Shown here in pieces: positions 28,100-41,250 of a stretch of DNA of 64,000 nucleotides. A program made the translations under genes and the position numbers. Source of the DNA: Azolla caroliniana (Eukaryota; Plantae; Polypodiophyta); contig JBHGNT010000150.1 in NCBI GenBank assembly GCA_043228905.1, positions 705 through 64,704 on the forward strand. The letters are read 5' to 3'. Position 1 is the stretch's first letter. Each line of letters opens with the position of its first letter. The notes under the pieces were generated by a model. That model worked only from the letters and a program-made list of their open reading frames with translations, was not told the DNA's origin and ran no database searches.

Positions 28100-31000
28100 A
28101 CCTGGCTCGTGTGATATCGGATTTTTGTGTTCAAACATGCGAATCGAAGCTAACAACGCTAGCTATGATATGAAATTAAAAGATCAAGATTTTGAAACTC
28201 AGGTCGAGAGACATGACGAAATTACCAAATTTGAATAGTGAGTTGAGGGGAGCCCTTGAGTAAATGAAAATGTTCATACCTGGCTCGTGTGATATCGGAT
28301 TTTTGTGTTCAAACATGCGAAACGAAGCTAACAACGCTAGCTATGATATGGAATTAAAAAATCAAGATTTTGAAACTCAGGTCGAGAGACATGACGAAAT
28401 TAGCAAATTGGAGGAGTGAGTTGAGAAGAGCTAGTAGGTAAATGAAAATGTTCATACCTGGCTCGTGTGATATCGGATTTTTGTGTTCAAACATGCGAAA
28501 CGAAGCTAACAACGCTAGCTATGATATGAAATTAAAAGATCAAGATTTTGAAACTCAGGTCGAGAGACATGACGAAATTACCAAATTTGAGTAGTGAGTT
28601 GAGAGGAGCTCTTGAGTAAATGAAAATGTTCATACCTGGCTCGTGTGATATCGGATTTTTGTGTTCAAACATGCGAATCGAAGCGAACAACGCTAGCTAT
28701 GAGATAGAATTAAAAAATCAAGATTTTGAAACTCAGGTCGAAAGACATGACAAAATTAGCAAATTTGAGTAGTGAGTTAAGGGGAGCCCTTCAGTAAATT
28801 AAAATGTTCATACTTGGTTCGTGTGATATCGGATTTTTGTGTTCAAACATGCGATTCGAAGCTAACAATGCTAGCTATGATATGGAATTAAAAAATCAAG
28901 ATTTTGAAACTCAGGTCGAGAGATATGACGAAATTAGCAAATTTGAGGATTGAGTTGAGAAGAGCTAGTAGGTAAATTAAAATGTTCATACCTGGCTCGT
29001 GTGATATCGGAATTTTGTGTTCAAACATGCGAAACGAAGCTAACAACGCTAGCTATGATATGAAATTAAAAGATCAAGATTTTGAAACTCAGGTCGAGAG
29101 ACATGACGAAATTACCAAATTTGAATAGTGAGTTGAGAGGAGCCCTTGAGTAAATGAAAATGTTCATACCTGGTTCGTGTGATATCGGATTTTTGTGTTC
29201 AAACATGCGAAACGAAGCTAACATCGCTAGCTATGATATGGAATTAAAAAATCAAGATTTTGAAACTCAGGTCGAGACACATGACGAAATTAGCAAATTG
29301 GAGGAGTGAGTTGAGAAGAGCTAGTAGGTAAATGAAAATGTTCATACCTGGCTCGTGTGATATCGGACTTTTGTGTTCAACCATGCGAAACGAAGCTAAC
29401 AACGCTAGCTATGATATGAAATTAAAAGATCAAGATTTTGAAACTCAGGTCGAGAGACATGACGAAATTACCAAATTTGAGTAGTGAGTTGAGAGGAGCT
29501 CTTGAGTAAATGAAAATGTTCATACCTGGCTCGTGTGATATCGGATTTTTGTGTTCAAACATGCGAATCGAAGCGAACAACGCTAGCTATGAGATAGAAT
29601 TAAAAAATCAAGATTTTGAAACTCAGGTCGAAAGACATGACGAAATTAGCAAATTTGAGTAGTGAGTTGAGGGGAGCCCTTGAGTAAATTAAAATGTTCA
29701 TACTTGGTTCGTGTGATATCGGATTTTTGTGTTCAAACATGCGATTCGAAGCTAACAACGCTAGCTATGATATGGAATTAAAAAATCAAGATTTTGAAAC
29801 TCAGGTCGAGAGACATGACGAAATTAGCAAATTTGAGGAGTGAGTTGAGAAGAGCTAGTAGGTAAATTAAAATGTTCATACCTGGCTCGTGTGATATCGG
29901 ATTTTTGTGTTCAAACATGCGAAACGAAGCTAACAACGCTAGCTATGATATGAAATTAAAAGATCAAGATTTTGAAACTCAGGTCGAGAGACATGACGAA
30001 ATTACCAAATTTGAATAGTGAGTTGAGAGGAGCCCTTGAGTAAATGAAAATGTTCATACCTGGCTCGTGTGATATCGGATTTTTGTGTTCAAACATGCGA
30101 AACGAAGCTAACAACGCTAGCTATGATATGGAATTAAAAAATCAAGATTTTGAAACTTAGGTCGAGAGACATGACGAAATTAGCAAATTGGAGGAGTGAG
30201 TTGAGAAGAGCTAGTAGGTAAATGAAAATGTTCATACCTGGCTCGTGTGATATCGGATTTTTGTGTTCAAACATGCGAAACGAATCTAACAACGCTAGCT
30301 ATGATATGGAATTAAAAGATCAAGATTTTGAAACTCAGGTCGAGAGACATGACGAAATTACCAAATTTGAGTAGTGAGTTGAGAGGAGCTCTTGAGTAAA
30401 TGAAAATGTTCATACCTGGCTCGTGTGATATCGGATTTTTGTGTTCAAACATGCGAATCGAAGCGAACAACGCTAGCTATGAGATAGAATTAAAAAATCA
30501 AGATTTTGAAACTCAGGTCGAAAGACATGACGAAATTAGCAAATTTGAGTAGTGAGTTGAGGGGAGCCCTTGAGTAAATTAAAATGTTCATACTTGGTTC
30601 GTGTGATATCGGATTTTTGTGTTCAAACATGCGATTCGAAGCTAACAACGCTAGCTATGATATGGAATTAAAAAATCAAGATTTTGAAACTCAGGTCGAG
30701 AGACATGACGAAATTAGCAAATTTGAGGAGTGAGTTGAGAAGAGCTAGTAGGTAAATTAAAATGTTCATACCTGGCTCGTGTGATATCGGAATTTTGTGT
30801 TCAAACATGCGAAACGAAGCTAACAACGCTAGCTATGATATGAAATTAAAAGATCAAGATTTTGAAACTCAGGTCGAGAGATATGACGAAATTACCAAAT
30901 TTGAATAGTGAGTTGAGAGGAGCCCTTGAGTAAATGAAAATGTTCATACTTGGCTCGTGTGATATCGGATTTTTGTGTTCAAACATGCGAAACGAAGCTA

Positions 31001-34000
31001 ACAACGCTAGCTATGATATGGAATTAAAAAATTAAGATTTTGAAACTCAGGTCGAGAGACATGACGAAATTAGCAAATTGGAGGAGTGAGTTGAGAAGAG
31101 CTAGTAGGTAAATGAAAATGTTCATACCTGGCTCGTTTGATATCGGATTTTTGTGTTCAAACATGCGAAACGAAGCTAACAACGCTAGCTATGATATGAA
31201 ATTAAAAGATCAAGATTTTGAAACTCAGGTCGAGAGACATGACGAAATTACCAAATTTGAGTAGTGAGTTGAGAGGAGCTCTTGAGTAAATGAAAATGTT
31301 CATACCTGGCTCGTGTGATATCGGATTTTTGTGTTCAAACATGCGAATCGAAGCTAACAACGCTAGCTATGATATGAAATTAAAAGATCAAGATTTTGAA
31401 ACTCAGGTCGAGAGACATGACGAAATTACCAAATTTGAATAGTGAGTTGAGAGGAGCCCTTGAGTAAATGAAAATGTTCATACCTGGCTCGTGTGATATC
31501 GGATTTTTGTGTTCAAACATGCGAAACGAAGCTAACAACGCTAGCTATGATATGGAATTAAAAAATCAAGATTTTGAAACTCAGGTCGAGAGACATGACG
31601 AAATTAGCAAATTGGAGGAGTGAGTTGAGAAGAGCTAGTAGGTAAATGAAAATGTTCATACCTGGCTCGTGTGATATCGGACTTTTGTGTTCAAACATGC
31701 GAAACGAAGCTAACAACGCTAGCTATGATATGAAATTAAAAGATCAAGATTTTGAAACTCAGGTCGAGAGACATGACGAAATTACCAAATTTGAGTAGTG
31801 AGTTGAGAGGAGCCCTTGAGTAAATGAAAATGTTCATACCTGGCTCGTGTGATATCGGATTTTTGTGTTCAAACATGCGAAACGAAGCTAACAACGCTAG
31901 CTATGATATGGAATTAAAAAATCAAGATTTTGAAACTCAGGTCGAGACACATGACGAAATTAGCAAATTGGAGGAGTGAGTTGAGAAGAGCTAGTAGGTA
32001 AATGAAAATGTTCATACCTGGCTCGTGTGATATCGGACTTTTGTGTTCAAACATGCGAAACGAAGCTAACAACGCTAGCTATGATATGAAATTAAAAGAT
32101 CAAGATTTTGAAACTCAGGTCGAGAGATATGACGAAATTACCAAATTTGAATAGTGAGTTGAGAGGAGCCCTTGAGTAAATGAAAATGTTCATACTTGGC
32201 TCGTGTGATATCGGATTTTTGTGTTCAAACATGCGAAACGAAGCTAACAACGCTAGCTATGATATGGAATTAAAAAATTAAGATTTTGAAACTCAGGTCG
32301 AGAGACATGACGAAATTAGCAAATTGGAGGAGTGAGTTGAGAAGAGCTAGTAGGTAAATGAAAATGTTCATACCTGGCTCGTTTGATATCGGATTTTTGT
32401 GTTCAAACATGCGAAACGAAGCTAACAACGCTAGCTATGATATGAAATTAAAAGATCAAGATTTTGAAACTCAGGTCGAGAGACATGACGAAATTACCAA
32501 ATTTGAGTAGTGAGTTGAGAGGAGCTCTTGAGTAAATGAAAATGTTCATACCTGGCTCGTGTGATATCGGATTTTTGTGTTCAAACATGCGAATCGAAGC
32601 TAACAACGCTAGCTATGATATGAAATTAAAAGATCAAGATTTTGAAACTCAGGTCGAGAGACATGACGAAATTACCAAATTTGAATAGTGAGTTGAGAGG
32701 AGCCCTTGAGTAAATGAAAATGTTCATACCTGGCTCGTGTGATATCGGATTTTTGTGTTCAAACATGCGAAACGAAGCTAACAACGCTAGCTATGATATG
32801 GAATTAAAAAATCAAGATTTTGAAACTCAGGTCGAGAGACATGACGAAATTAGCAAATTGGAGGAGTGAGTTGAGAAGAGCTAGTAGGTAAATGAAAATG
32901 TTCATACCTGGCTCGTGTGATATCGGACTTTTGTGTTCAAACATGCGAAACGAAGCTAACAACGCTAGCTATGATATGAAATTAAAAGATCAAGATTTTG
33001 AAACTCAGGTCGAGAGACATGACGAAATTACCAAATTTGAGTAGTGAGTTGAGAGGAGCCCTTGAGTAAATGAAAATGTTCATACCTGGCTCGTGTGATA
33101 TCGGATTTTTGTGTTCAAACATGCGAATCGAAGCTAACAACGCTAGCTATGATATGAAATTAAAAGATCAAGATTTTGAAACTCAGGTCGAGAGACATGA
33201 CGAAATTACCAAATTTGAATAGTGAGTTGAGGGGAGCCCTTGAGTAAATGAAAATGTTCATACCTGGCTCGTGTGATATCGGATTTTTGTGTTCAAACAT
33301 GCGAAACGAAGCTAACAACGCTAGCTATGATATGGAATTAAAAAATCAAGATTTTGAAACTCAGGTCGAGAGACATGACGAAATTAGCAAATTGGAGGAG
33401 TGAGTTGAGAAGAGCTAGTAGGTAAATGAAAATGTTCATACCTGGCTCGTGTGATATCGGATTTTTGTGTTCAAACATGCGAAACGAAGCTAACAACGCT
33501 AGCTATGATATGAAATTAAAAGATCAAGATTTTGAAACTCAGGTCGAGAGACATGACGAAATTACCAAATTTGAGTAGTGAGTTGAGAGGAGCTCTTGAG
33601 TAAATGAAAATGTTCATACCTGGCTCGTGTGATATCGGATTTTTGTGTTCAAACATGCGAATCGAAGCGAACAACGCTAGCTATGAGATAGAATTAAAAA
33701 ATCAAGATTTTGAAACTCAGGTCGAAAGACATGACGAAATTAGCAAATTTGAGTAGTGAGTTAAGGGGAGCCCTTCAGTAAATTAAAATGTTCATACTTG
33801 GTTCGTGTGATATCGGATTTTTGTGTTCAAACATGCGATTCGAAGCTAACAATGCTAGCTATGATATGGAATTAAAAAATCAAGATTTTGAAACTCAGGT
33901 CGAGAGATATGACGAAATTAGCAAATTTGAGGATTGAGTTGAGAAGAGCTAGTAGGTAAATTAAAATGTTCATACCTGGCTCGTGTGATATCGGAATTTT

Positions 34001-37000
34001 GTGTTCAAACATGCGAAACGAAGCTAACAACGCTAGCTATGATATGAAATTAAAAGATCAAGATTTTGAAACTCAGGTCGAGAGACATGACGAAATTACC
34101 AAATTTGAATAGTGAGTTGAGAGGAGCCCTTGAGTAAATGAAAATGTTCATACCTGGTTCGTGTGATATCGGATTTTTGTGTTCAAACATGCGAAACGAA
34201 GCTAACAACGCTAGCTATGATATGGAATTAAAAAATCAAGATTTTGAAACTCAGGTCGAGACACATGACGAAATTAGCAAATTGGAGGAGTGAGTTGAGA
34301 AGAGCTAGTAGGTAAATGAAAATGTTCATACCTGGCTCGTGTGATATCGGACTTTTGTGTTCAACCATGCGAAACGAAGCTAACAACGCTAGCTATGATA
34401 TGAAATTAAAAGATCAAGATTTTGAAACTCAGGTCGAGAGACATGACGAAATTACCAAATTTGAGTAGTGAGTTGAGAGGAGCTCTTGAGTAAATGAAAA
34501 TGTTCATACCTGGCTCGTGTGATATCGGATTTTTGTGTTCAAACATGCGAATCGAAGCGAACAACGCTAGCTATGAGATAGAATTAAAAAATCAAGATTT
34601 TGAAACTCAGGTCGAAAGACATGACGAAATTAGCAAATTTGAGTAGTGAGTTGAGGGGAGCCCTTGAGTAAATTAAAATGTTCATACTTGGTTCGTGTGA
34701 TATCGGATTTTTGTGTTCAAACATGCGATTCGAAGCTAACAACGCTAGCTATGATATGGAATTAAAAAATCAAGATTTTGAAACTCAGGTCGAGAGACAT
34801 GACGAAATTAGCAAATTTGAGGAGTGAGTTGAGAAGAGCTAGTAGGTAAATTAAAATGTTCATACCTGGCTCGTGTGATATCGGATTTTTGTGTTCAAAC
34901 ATGCGAAACGAAGCTAACAACGCTAGCTATGATATGAAATTAAAAGATCAAGATTTTGAAACTCAGGTCGAGAGACATGACGAAATTACCAAATTTGAAT
35001 AGTGAGTTGAGAGGAGCCCTTGAGTAAATGAAAATGTTCATACCTGGCTCGTGTGATATCGGATTTTTGTGTTCAAACATGCGAAACGAAGCTAACAACG
35101 CTAGCTATGATATGGAATTAAAAAATCAAGATTTTGAAACTTAGGTCGAGAGACATGACGAAATTAGCAAATTGGAGGAGTGAGTTGAGAAGAGCTAGTA
35201 GGTAAATGAAAATGTTCATACCTGGCTCGTGTGATATCGGATTTTTGTGTTCAAACATGCGAAACGAATCTAACAACGCTAGCTATGATATGGAATTAAA
35301 AGATCAAGATTTTGAAACTCAGGTCGAGAGACATGACGAAATTACCAAATTTGAGTAGTGAGTTGAGAGGAGCTCTTGAGTAAATGAAAATGTTCATACC
35401 TGGCTCGTGTGATATCGGATTTTTGTGTTCAAACATGCGAATCGAAGCGAACAACGCTAGCTATGAGATAGAATTAAAAAATCAAGATTTTGAAACTCAG
35501 GTCGAAAGACATGACGAAATTAGCAAATTTGAGTAGTGAGTTGAGGGGAGCCCTTGAGTAAATTAAAATGTTCATACTTGGTTCGTGTGATATCGGATTT
35601 TTGTGTTCAAACATGCGATTCGAAGCTAACAACGCTAGCTATGATATGGAATTAAAAAATCAAGATTTTGAAACTCAGGTCGAGAGACATGACGAAATTA
35701 GCAAATTTGAGGAGTGAGTTGAGAAGAGCTAGTAGGTAAATTAAAATGTTCATACCTGGCTCGTGTGATATCGGAATTTTGTGTTCAAACATGCGAAACG
35801 AAGCTAACAACGCTAGCTATGATATGAAATTAAAAGATCAAGATTTTGAAACTCAGGTCGAGAGATATGATGAAATTACCAAATTTGAATAGTGAGTTGA
35901 GAGGAGCCCTTGAGTAAATGAAAATGTTCATACTTGGCTCGTGTGATATCGGATTTTTGTGTTCAAACATGCGAAACGAAGCTAACAACGCTAGCTATGA
36001 TATGGAATTAAAAAATTAAGATTTTGAAACTCAGGTCGAGAGACATGACGAAATTAGCAAATTGGAGGAGTGAGTTGAGAAGAGCTAGTAGGTAAATGAA
36101 AATGTTCATACCTGGCTCGTTTGATATCGGATTTTTGTGTTCAAACATGCGAAACGAAGCTAACAACGCTAGCTATGATATGAAATTAAAAGATCAAGAT
36201 TTTGAAACTCAGGTCGAGAGACATGACGAAATTACCAAATTTGAGTAGTGAGTTGAGAGGAGCTCTTGAGTAAATGAAAATGTTCATACCTGGCTCGTGT
36301 GATATCGGATTTTTGTGTTCAAACATGCGAATCGAAGCTAACAACGCTAGCTATGATATGAAATTAAAAGATCAAGATTTTGAAACTCAGGTCGAGAGAC
36401 ATGACGAAATTACCAAATTTGAATAGTGAGTTGAGAGGAGCCCTTGAGTAAATGAAAATGTTCATACCTGGCTCGTGTGATATCGGATTTTTGTGTTCAA
36501 ACATGCGAAACGAAGCTAACAACGCTAGCTATGATATGGAATTAAAAAATCAAGATTTTGAAACTCAGGTCGAGAGACATGACGAAATTAGCAAATTGGA
36601 GGAGTGAGTTGAGAAGAGCTAGTAGGTAAATGAAAATGTTCATACCTGGCTCGTGTGATATCGGACTTTTGTGTTCAAACATGCGAAACGAAGCTAACAA
36701 CGCTAGCTATGATATGAAATTAAAAGATCAAGATTTTGAAACTCAGGTCGAGAGACATGACGAAATTACCAAATTTGAGTAGTGAGTTGAGAGGAGCCCT
36801 TGAGTAAATGAAAATGTTCATACCTGGCTCGTGTGATATCGGATTTTTGTGTTCAAACATGCGAAACGAAGCTAACAACGCTAGCTATGATATGGAATTA
36901 AAAAATCAAGATTTTGAAACTCAGGTCGAGAGACATGACGAAATTAGCAAATTGGAGGAGTGAGTTGAGAAGAGCTAGTAGGTAAATGAAAATGTTCATA

Positions 37001-38080
37001 CCTGGCTCGTGTGATATCGGACTTTTGTGTTCAAACATGCGAAACGAAGCTAACAACGCTAGCTATGATATGAAATTAAAAGATCAAGATTTTGAAACTC
37101 AGGTCGAGAGATATGACGAAATTACCAAATTTGAATAGTGAGTTGAGAGGAGCCCTTGAGTAAATGAAAATGTTCATACTTGGCTCGTGTGATATCGGAT
37201 TTTTGTGTTCAAACATGCGAAACGAAGCTAACAACGCTAGCTATGATATGGAATTAAAAAATTAAGATTTTGAAACTCAGGTCGAGAGACATGACGAAAT
37301 TAGCAAATTGGAGGAGTGAGTTGAGAAGAGCTAGTAGGTAAATGAAAATGTTCATACCTGGCTCGTTTGATATCGGATTTTTGTGTTCAAACATGCGAAA
37401 CGAAGCTAACAACGCTAGCTATGATATGAAATTAAAAGATCAAGATTTTGAAACTCAGGTCGAGAGACATGACGAAATTACCAAATTTGAGTAGTGAGTT
37501 GAGAGGAGCTCTTGAGTAAATGAAAATGGTCATACCTGGCTCGTGTGATATCGGATTTTTGTGTTCAAACATGCGAATCGAAGCTAACAACGCTAGCTAT
37601 GATATGAAATTAAAAGATCAAGATTTTGAAACTCAGGTCGAGAGACATGACGAAATTACCAAATTTGAATAGTGAGTTGAGAGGAGCCCTTGAGTAAATG
37701 AAAATGTTCATACCTGGCTCGTGTGATATCGGATTTTTGTGTTCAAACATGCGAAACGAAGCTAACAACGCTAGCTATGATATGGAATTAAAAAATCAAG
37801 ATTTTGAAACTCAGGTCGAGAGACATGACGAAATTAGCAAATTGGAGGAGTGAGTTGAGAAGAGCTAGTAGGTAAATGAAAATGTTCATACCTGGCTCGT
37901 GTGATATCGGACTTTTGTGTTCAAACATGCGAAACGAAGCTAACAACGCTAGCTATGATATGAAATTAAAAGATCAAGATTTTGAAACTCAGGTCGAGAG
38001 ACATGACGAAATTACCAAATTTGAGTAGTGAGTTGAGAGGAGCCCTTGAGTAAATGAAAATGTTCATACCTGGCTCGTGT
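28100..38080. repeat. Tandem duplication of a 28-monomer block (4984 bp x2), each copy with an internal 7-monomer (1246-bp) duplication
   Basis: Offset 4984: TTAAGGGG 28777/33761, TGAAACTTAG 30151/35135, CGAATCTAAC 30281/35265. Internal offset 1246: ATATGA 30881/32127 and 35865/37111, ATTAAGATTT 31031/32277. Confidence 0.88.
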
Positions 38081-38439
38081 GATATCGGATTTTTGTGTTC
38101 AAACATGCGAAACGAAGCTAACAACGCTAGCTATGATATGGAATTAAAAAATGAAGATTTTGAAACTCAGGTCGAGAGACATGACGAAATTAGCAAATTG
38201 GAGGAGTGAGTTGAGAAGAGCTAGTAGGTAAATGAAAATGTTCATACCTGGCTCGTGTGATATCGGATTTTTGTGTTCAAACATGCGAAACGAAGCTAAC
38301 AACGCTAGCTATGATATGAAATTAAAAGATCAAGATTTTGAAACTCAGGTCGAGAGACATGACGAAATTACCAAATTTGAGTAGTGAGTTGAGAGGAGCT
38401 CTTGAGTAAATGAAAATGTTCATACCTGGCTCGTGTGAT

Positions 38440-41250
38440 ATCGGATTTTTGTGTTCAAACATGCGAATCGAAGCGAACAACGCTAGCTATGAGATAGAAT
38501 TAAAAAATCAAGATTTTGAAACTCAGGTCGAAAGACATGACGAAATTAGCAAATTTGAGTAGTGAGTTGAGGGGAGCCCTTCAGTAAATTAAAATGTTCA
38601 TACTTGGTTCGTGTGATATCGGATTTTTGTGTTCAAACATGCGATTCGAAGCTAACAATGCTAGCTATGATATGGAATTAAAAAATCAAGATTTTGAAAC
38701 TCAGGTCGAGAGATATGACGAAATTAGCAAATTTGAGGATTGAGTTGAGAAGAGCTAGTAGGTAAATTAAAATGTTCATACCTGGCTCGTGTGATATCGG
38801 AATTTTGAGTTCAAACATGCGAAACGAAGCTAACAACGCTAGCTATGATATGAAATTAAAAGATCAAGATTTTGAAACTCAGGTCGAGAGACATGACGAA
38901 ATTACCAAATTTGAATAGTGAGTTGAGAGGAGCCCTTGAGTAAATGAAAATGTTCATACCTGGTTCGTGTGATATCGGATTTTTGTGTTCAAACATGCGA
39001 AACGAAGCTAACAACGCTAGCTATGATATGGAATTAAAAAATCAAGATTTTGAAACTCAGGTCGAGACACATGACGAAATTAGCAAATTGGAGGAGTGAG
39101 TTGAGAAGAGCTAGTAGGTAAATGAAAATGTTCATACCTGGCTCGTGTGATATCGGACTTTTGTGTTCAACCATGCGAAACGAAGCTAACAACGCTAGCT
39201 ATGATATGAAATTAAAAGATCAAGATTTTGAAACTCAGGTCGAGAGACATGACGAAATTACCAAATTTGAGTAGTGAGTTGAGAGGAGCTCTTGAGTAAA
39301 TGAAAATGTTCATACCTGGCTCGTGTGATATCGGATTTTTGTGTTCAAACATGCGAATCGAAGCGAACAACGCTAGCTATGAGATAGAATTAAAAAATCA
39401 AGATTTTGAAACTCAGGTCGAAAGACATGACGAAATTAGCAAATTTGAGTAGTGAGTTGAGAGGAGCTCTTGAGTAAATGAAAATGTTCATACCTGGCTC
39501 GTGTGATATCGGATTTTTGTGTTCAAACATGCGAATCGAAGCGAACAACGCTAGCTATGAGATAGAATTAAAAAATCAAGATTTTGAAACTCAGGTCGAG
39601 AGACATGACGAAATTACCAAATTTGAGTAGTGAGTTGAGAGGAGCTCTTGAGTAAATGAAAATGTTCATACCTGGCTCGTGTGATATCGGATTTTTGTGT
39701 TCAAACATGCGAATCGAAGCGAACAACGCTAGCTATGAGATAGAATTAAAAAATCAAGATTTTGAAACTCAGGTCGAAAGACATGACGAAATTAGCAAAT
39801 TTGAGTAGTGAGTTGAGGGGAGCCCTTCAGTAAATTAAAATGTTCATACTTGGTTCGTGTGATATCGGATTTTTGTGTTCAAACATGCGAAACGAAGCTA
39901 ACAACGCTAGCTATGATATGAAATTAAAAGATCAAGATTTTGAAACTCAGGTCGAGAGACATGACGAAATTACCAAATTTGAGTAGTGAGTTGAGAGGAG
40001 CTCTTGAGTAAATGAAAATGTTCATACCTGGCTCGTGTGATATCGGATTTTTGTGTTCAAACATGCGAATCGAAGCTAACAACGCTAGCTATGATATGAA
40101 ATTAAAAGATCAAGATTTTGAAACTCAGGTCGAGAGACATGACGAAATTACCAAATTTGAATAGTGAGTTGAGAGGAGCCCTTGAGTAAATGAAAATGTT
40201 CATACCTGGCTCGTGTGATATCGGATTTTTGTGTTCAAACATGCGAATCGAAGCGAACAACGCTAGCTATGAGATAGAATTAAAAAATCAAGATTTTGAA
40301 ACTCAGGTCGAAAGACATGACGAAATTAGCAAATTTGAGTAGTGAGTTGAGGGGAGCCCTTCAGTAAATTAAAATGTTCATACTTGGTTCGTGTGATATC
40401 GGATTTTTGTGTTCAAACATGCGATTCGAAGCTAACAATGCTAGCTATGATATGGAATTAAAAAATCAAGATTTTGAAACTCAGGTCGAGAGATATGACG
40501 AAATTAGCAAATTTGAGGATTGAGTTGAGAAGAGCTAGTAGGTAAATTAAAATGTTCATACCTGGCTCGTGTGATATCGGAATTTTGAGTTCAAACATGC
40601 GAAACGAAGCTAACAACGCTAGCTATGATATGAAATTAAAAGATCAAGATTTTGAAACTCAGGTCGAGAGACATGACGAAATTACCAAATTTGAATAGTG
40701 AGTTGAGAGGAGCCCTTGAGTAAATGAAAATGTTCATACCTGGTTCGTGTGATATCGGATTTTTGTGTTCAAACATGCGAAACGAAGCTAACAACGCTAG
40801 CTATGATATGGAATTAAAAAATCAAGATTTTGAAACTCAGGTCGAGACACATGACGAAATTAGCAAATTGGAGGAGTGAGTTGAGAAGAGCTAGTAGGTA
40901 AATGAAAATGTTCATACCTGGCTCGTGTGATATCGGACTTTTGTGTTCAACCATGCGAAACGAAGCTAACAACGCTAGCTATGATATGAAATTAAAAGAT
41001 CAAGATTTTGAAACTCAGGTCGAGAGACATGACGAAATTACCAAATTTGAGTAGTGAGTTGAGAGGAGCTCTTGAGTAAATGAAAATGTTCATACCTGGC
41101 TCGTGTGATATCGGATTTTTGTGTTCAAACATGCGAATCGAAGCGAACAACGCTAGCTATGAGATAGAATTAAAAAATCAAGATTTTGAAACTCAGGTCG
41201 AAAGACATGACGAAATTAGCAAATTTGAGTAGTGAGTTGAGGGGAGCCCT
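38440..41250. repeat. Block repeated at a 10-monomer (1780-bp) offset, with chimeric A-type monomers between the copies
   Basis: AATTTTGAGT 38801/40581, GTCGAGACAC 39061/40841, TCAGTAAATT 38581/40361. Confidence 0.82.
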
